A stretch of DNA of 63,901 bases, filler included, from Octopus bimaculoides (Eukaryota): assembly GCF_001194135.2 (NCBI RefSeq). It is 6 parts of 6 records of this genome, joined end to end, with 100 filler letters (N's around TTAATTAATTAA, not from the genome) between each part and the next. Parts side by side here need not be neighbours in the genome. Positions count along the whole stretch, not along the records: positions 59,374 to 62,745 come from NC_068986.1; positions 62,846 to 63,901 come from NW_026384711.1; 4 more parts are not named here. One strand, 5' to 3'. This document shows, in pieces, positions 61,550-63,901 of the stretch (position 1 is its first letter; each line of letters opens with the position of its first letter). Below the pieces are notes generated by a model. The model ran no database searches, was not told the DNA's origin, and saw only the letters and a list, made by a program, of their open reading frames with translations. The translations under genes were made by a program, and so were the position numbers.

Positions 61550-62091
61550 NNNNNNNNNNNNNNNNNNNNNNNNNNNNNNNNNNNNNNNNNNNNNNNNNNN
61601 NNNNNNNNNNNNNNNNNNNNNNNNNNNNNNNNNNNNNNNNNNNNNNNNNNNNNNNNNNNNNNNNNNNNNNNNNNNNNNNNNNNNNNNNNNNNNNNNNNNN
61701 NNNNNNNNNNNNNNNNNNNNNNNNNNNNNNNNNNNNNNNNNNNNNNNNNNNNNNNNNNNNNNNNNNNNNNNNNNNNNNNNNNNNNNNNNNNNNNNNNNNN
61801 NNNNNNNNNNNNNNNNNNNNNNNNNNNNNNNNNNNNNNNNNNNNNNNNNNNNNNNNNNNNNNNNNNNNNNNNNNNNNNNNNNNNNNNNNNNNNNNNNNNN
61901 NNNNNNNNNNNNNNNNNNNNNNNNNNNNNNNNNNNNNNNNNNNNNNNNNNNNNNNNNNNNNNNNNNNNNNNNNNNNNNNNNNNNNNNNNNNNNNNNNNNN
62001 NNNNNNNNNNNNNNNNNNNNNNNNNNNNNNNNNNNNNNNNNNNNNNNNNNNNNNNNNNNNNNNNNNNNNNNNNNNNNNNNNNNNNNNNNNN

Positions 62092-62403
62092 NGATGAGGT
62101 GGTGAAGCACGACCTCTGAACATTAGGCCTCACTAAGGCAATGACTTGTGACCGGGACCTTTGGAAATATGCTGTGCGTGAGAAGACCCGGCGAGCCAAG
62201 TGAGACCAAAATCCAAGGCCTCTGCCAGGGATGTAGCCAGCCCACTTGTGCGTACCATTCCTCCATTGGACACTATATTTGTAGGAACACTAAACTCAGC
62301 TTGGGAAGATCTGCTGAGGCAAGCGAGAGCAAAATCATGAAGGCACCTGTACAAGTGGAGCACTAAGAGCACCGTCCGAGCGTGATCATTGCCAGAGCAA
62401 CTG
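62092..62403 (+). mobile_element. RTE LINE ORF2 C-terminus and start of the 3' UTR
   Basis: DEVVKHDL*TLGLTKAMTCDRDLWKYAVREKTRRAK* resembles the RTE C-terminal W-x-x-x-V-x-x-DL...DR-x-x-W motif. Confidence 0.75.
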
Positions 62404-62503
62404 NNNNNNNNNNNNNNNNNNNNNNNNNNNNNNNNNNNNNNNNNNNNNNNNNNNNNNNNNNNNNNNNNNNNNNNNNNNNNNNNNNNNNNNNNNNNNNNNN
62501 NNN

Positions 62504-62745
62504 GAGCAAGATCGTTGCCAGTGTTGGTGGACTGGTTCCTGTGCAGGTGGCACGTGAAAAGACATTCGAGCAAGATCGTTGCCAGTCCCGCTGGACTGGC
62601 TCCTGTGCAGGTGGCACTTGAAAAGACATTCGAACAAGATCATCGCCAGTGGCGATGGACTGGCTGCTGTGCACGTGACACGTGAAAAGAAATTCGAGCA
62701 AGATCGTTGCCAGTCCCGCTGGACTGGCTCCTGTGCAGGTGGCAC
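62504..62745 (+). repeat. 64-bp tandem array in the RTE 3' UTR
   Basis: Unit starts at 62504, 62568, 62632 and 62696. Gaps bound the array on both sides. Confidence 0.9.
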
Positions 62746-62845
62746 NNNNNNNNNNNNNNNNNNNNNNNNNNNNNNNNNNNNNNNNNNNNTTAATTAATTA
62801 ANNNNNNNNNNNNNNNNNNNNNNNNNNNNNNNNNNNNNNNNNNNN
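62746..62845. other. Artificial scaffold-join spacer
   Basis: 44 N + TTAATTAATTAA (62790-62801) + 44 N. Confidence 0.95.
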
Positions 62846-63604
62846 AAACATCAACAAGACTCTTTCCTTCCTTTTTAACCCTCTTTCACACGGACTTAGT
62901 ACTGACACCCTGTGCTCTGTCCTGGTATTTGGCCGTTCAGTAACTACATAATTTTACATACAACGAATTTTACATAGTTTTTACAAATTCTTCTCAGTGT
63001 GGCATATTTGCAAATACCGGTGCCGCAGAGAGAGAGAGACATAGCACTGCTCACACGCAGTGTTTCACACACCATCAGTACTGCTTCTCGTCTTATAAAC
63101 GTATAAACGTTTGTTAAAACTTATCAGCTAATGACGAGAGTGGGAAAACGAGTTGTTAGTTAATAAAACTTATTTTGAATGAACGCTAGGTGTATGTGGA
63201 AAAATTCCCTTCAAAATAAGAGTCCCATTGGTCTAAAACAAATTGCCGTGTACGCTTGTAATCCTGATATATGCTTTGAAGGTTTTGTAGATAAACATCA
63301 TCCACCTATAATCCATAGCTGTGGATTATAGCTGGATATATTCAATCGAATATATTAACATAAAACATTTAAATAAAATACGACAGATTACTTCTAACGA
63401 TCGCCCGAAATTCTTATATTTTGTAGTCCTGAATAAGAATACATTACGTAGAGAAGGCAAATGTTTCCTAGCAAATAACTGGAACAAGGGAAATAATTCA
63501 GGAATTAAAACAAAGTGTTCAAGGGAAGCAACTCGCCAAGACCCAGGTTAAATTATAGGATAATCGAAACTTTGTGTGTGTGTGTGTGTGTGTGTATTTT
63601 TAGG

Positions 63605-63901
63605 TTTTATTTGTTTTAGTTATATGACTGCAGCCATGCTGGGGCACCACCTTGAACGGTTTTAGACGAACAAATTGACCCCCAGGGCTTATTTCTTAAG
63701 CCTAGTATTTACACTATCAGACACTTTTGTCGAACCACTAAGCTACAGGAACATAAACACACTAACACCGGTTGTCAAGTGGTAAAGGGGGTACAAACAA
63801 AGACACAAAAACATACACACACACATATACACGATGGGCTTCTTTCAGTTACCGTCTACTAAATCCACTCACAAGGCTTTGGTCAGCCTGAGGCTATAGT
63901 A
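63605..63901 (-). mobile_element. SINE family a copy running off the window end (further 3' halves at 42395-42555, 47885-48075, 58970-59170, 59378-59568, 61358-61520)
   Basis: The reverse complement matches 23580-23890. Confidence 0.85.

Overview
Eukaryotic, AT-rich, microsatellite- and SINE-dense animal DNA. The repeat families suggest a cephalopod (Octopus-like); this is an inference. No prokaryotic features or CRISPR arrays are present. The window is a mosaic of six sequence blocks joined by artificial 100-nt spacers (44 N + TTAATTAATTAA + 44 N at 30627-30726, 42048-42147, 52760-52859, 59274-59373, 62746-62845), so adjacency across these joins is unverified. Genes reconstructed by hand from splice sites: (A) a minus-strand, 5'-incomplete 10-exon gene (29885 to 16700, 532 aa recovered) encoding a type I membrane protein with five Ephrin_rec_like/GCC2_GCC3 Cys repeats, a non-repeat domain, a TM helix and an NPxF-containing tail; (B) the first coding exon of a plus-strand ephrin (37317-37552) with a poly-Asn leader before the signal peptide; (C) an unidentified plus-strand first exon (54415-54989) behind an E-box/RFX X-box/Inr promoter, plus two probable downstream exons (59913-59956, 61135-61299). 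Mobile DNA includes Tx1/L1-like, R4/Dong-like and RTE LINE remnants, two mariner remnants, several tRNA-derived SINE families and MITE/foldback elements. The most unusual items are a U6 snRNA-RTE LINE chimeric retrocopy (60268-60483), a 256-bp foldback element with (CCCTAA)3 in its loop and a 5-bp TSD that splits a LINE ORF (3032-3287), and a 64-bp hairpin-unit array in an RTE 3' UTR (62504-62745). Most ORFs in the supplied track are artefacts of microsatellites or N gaps.
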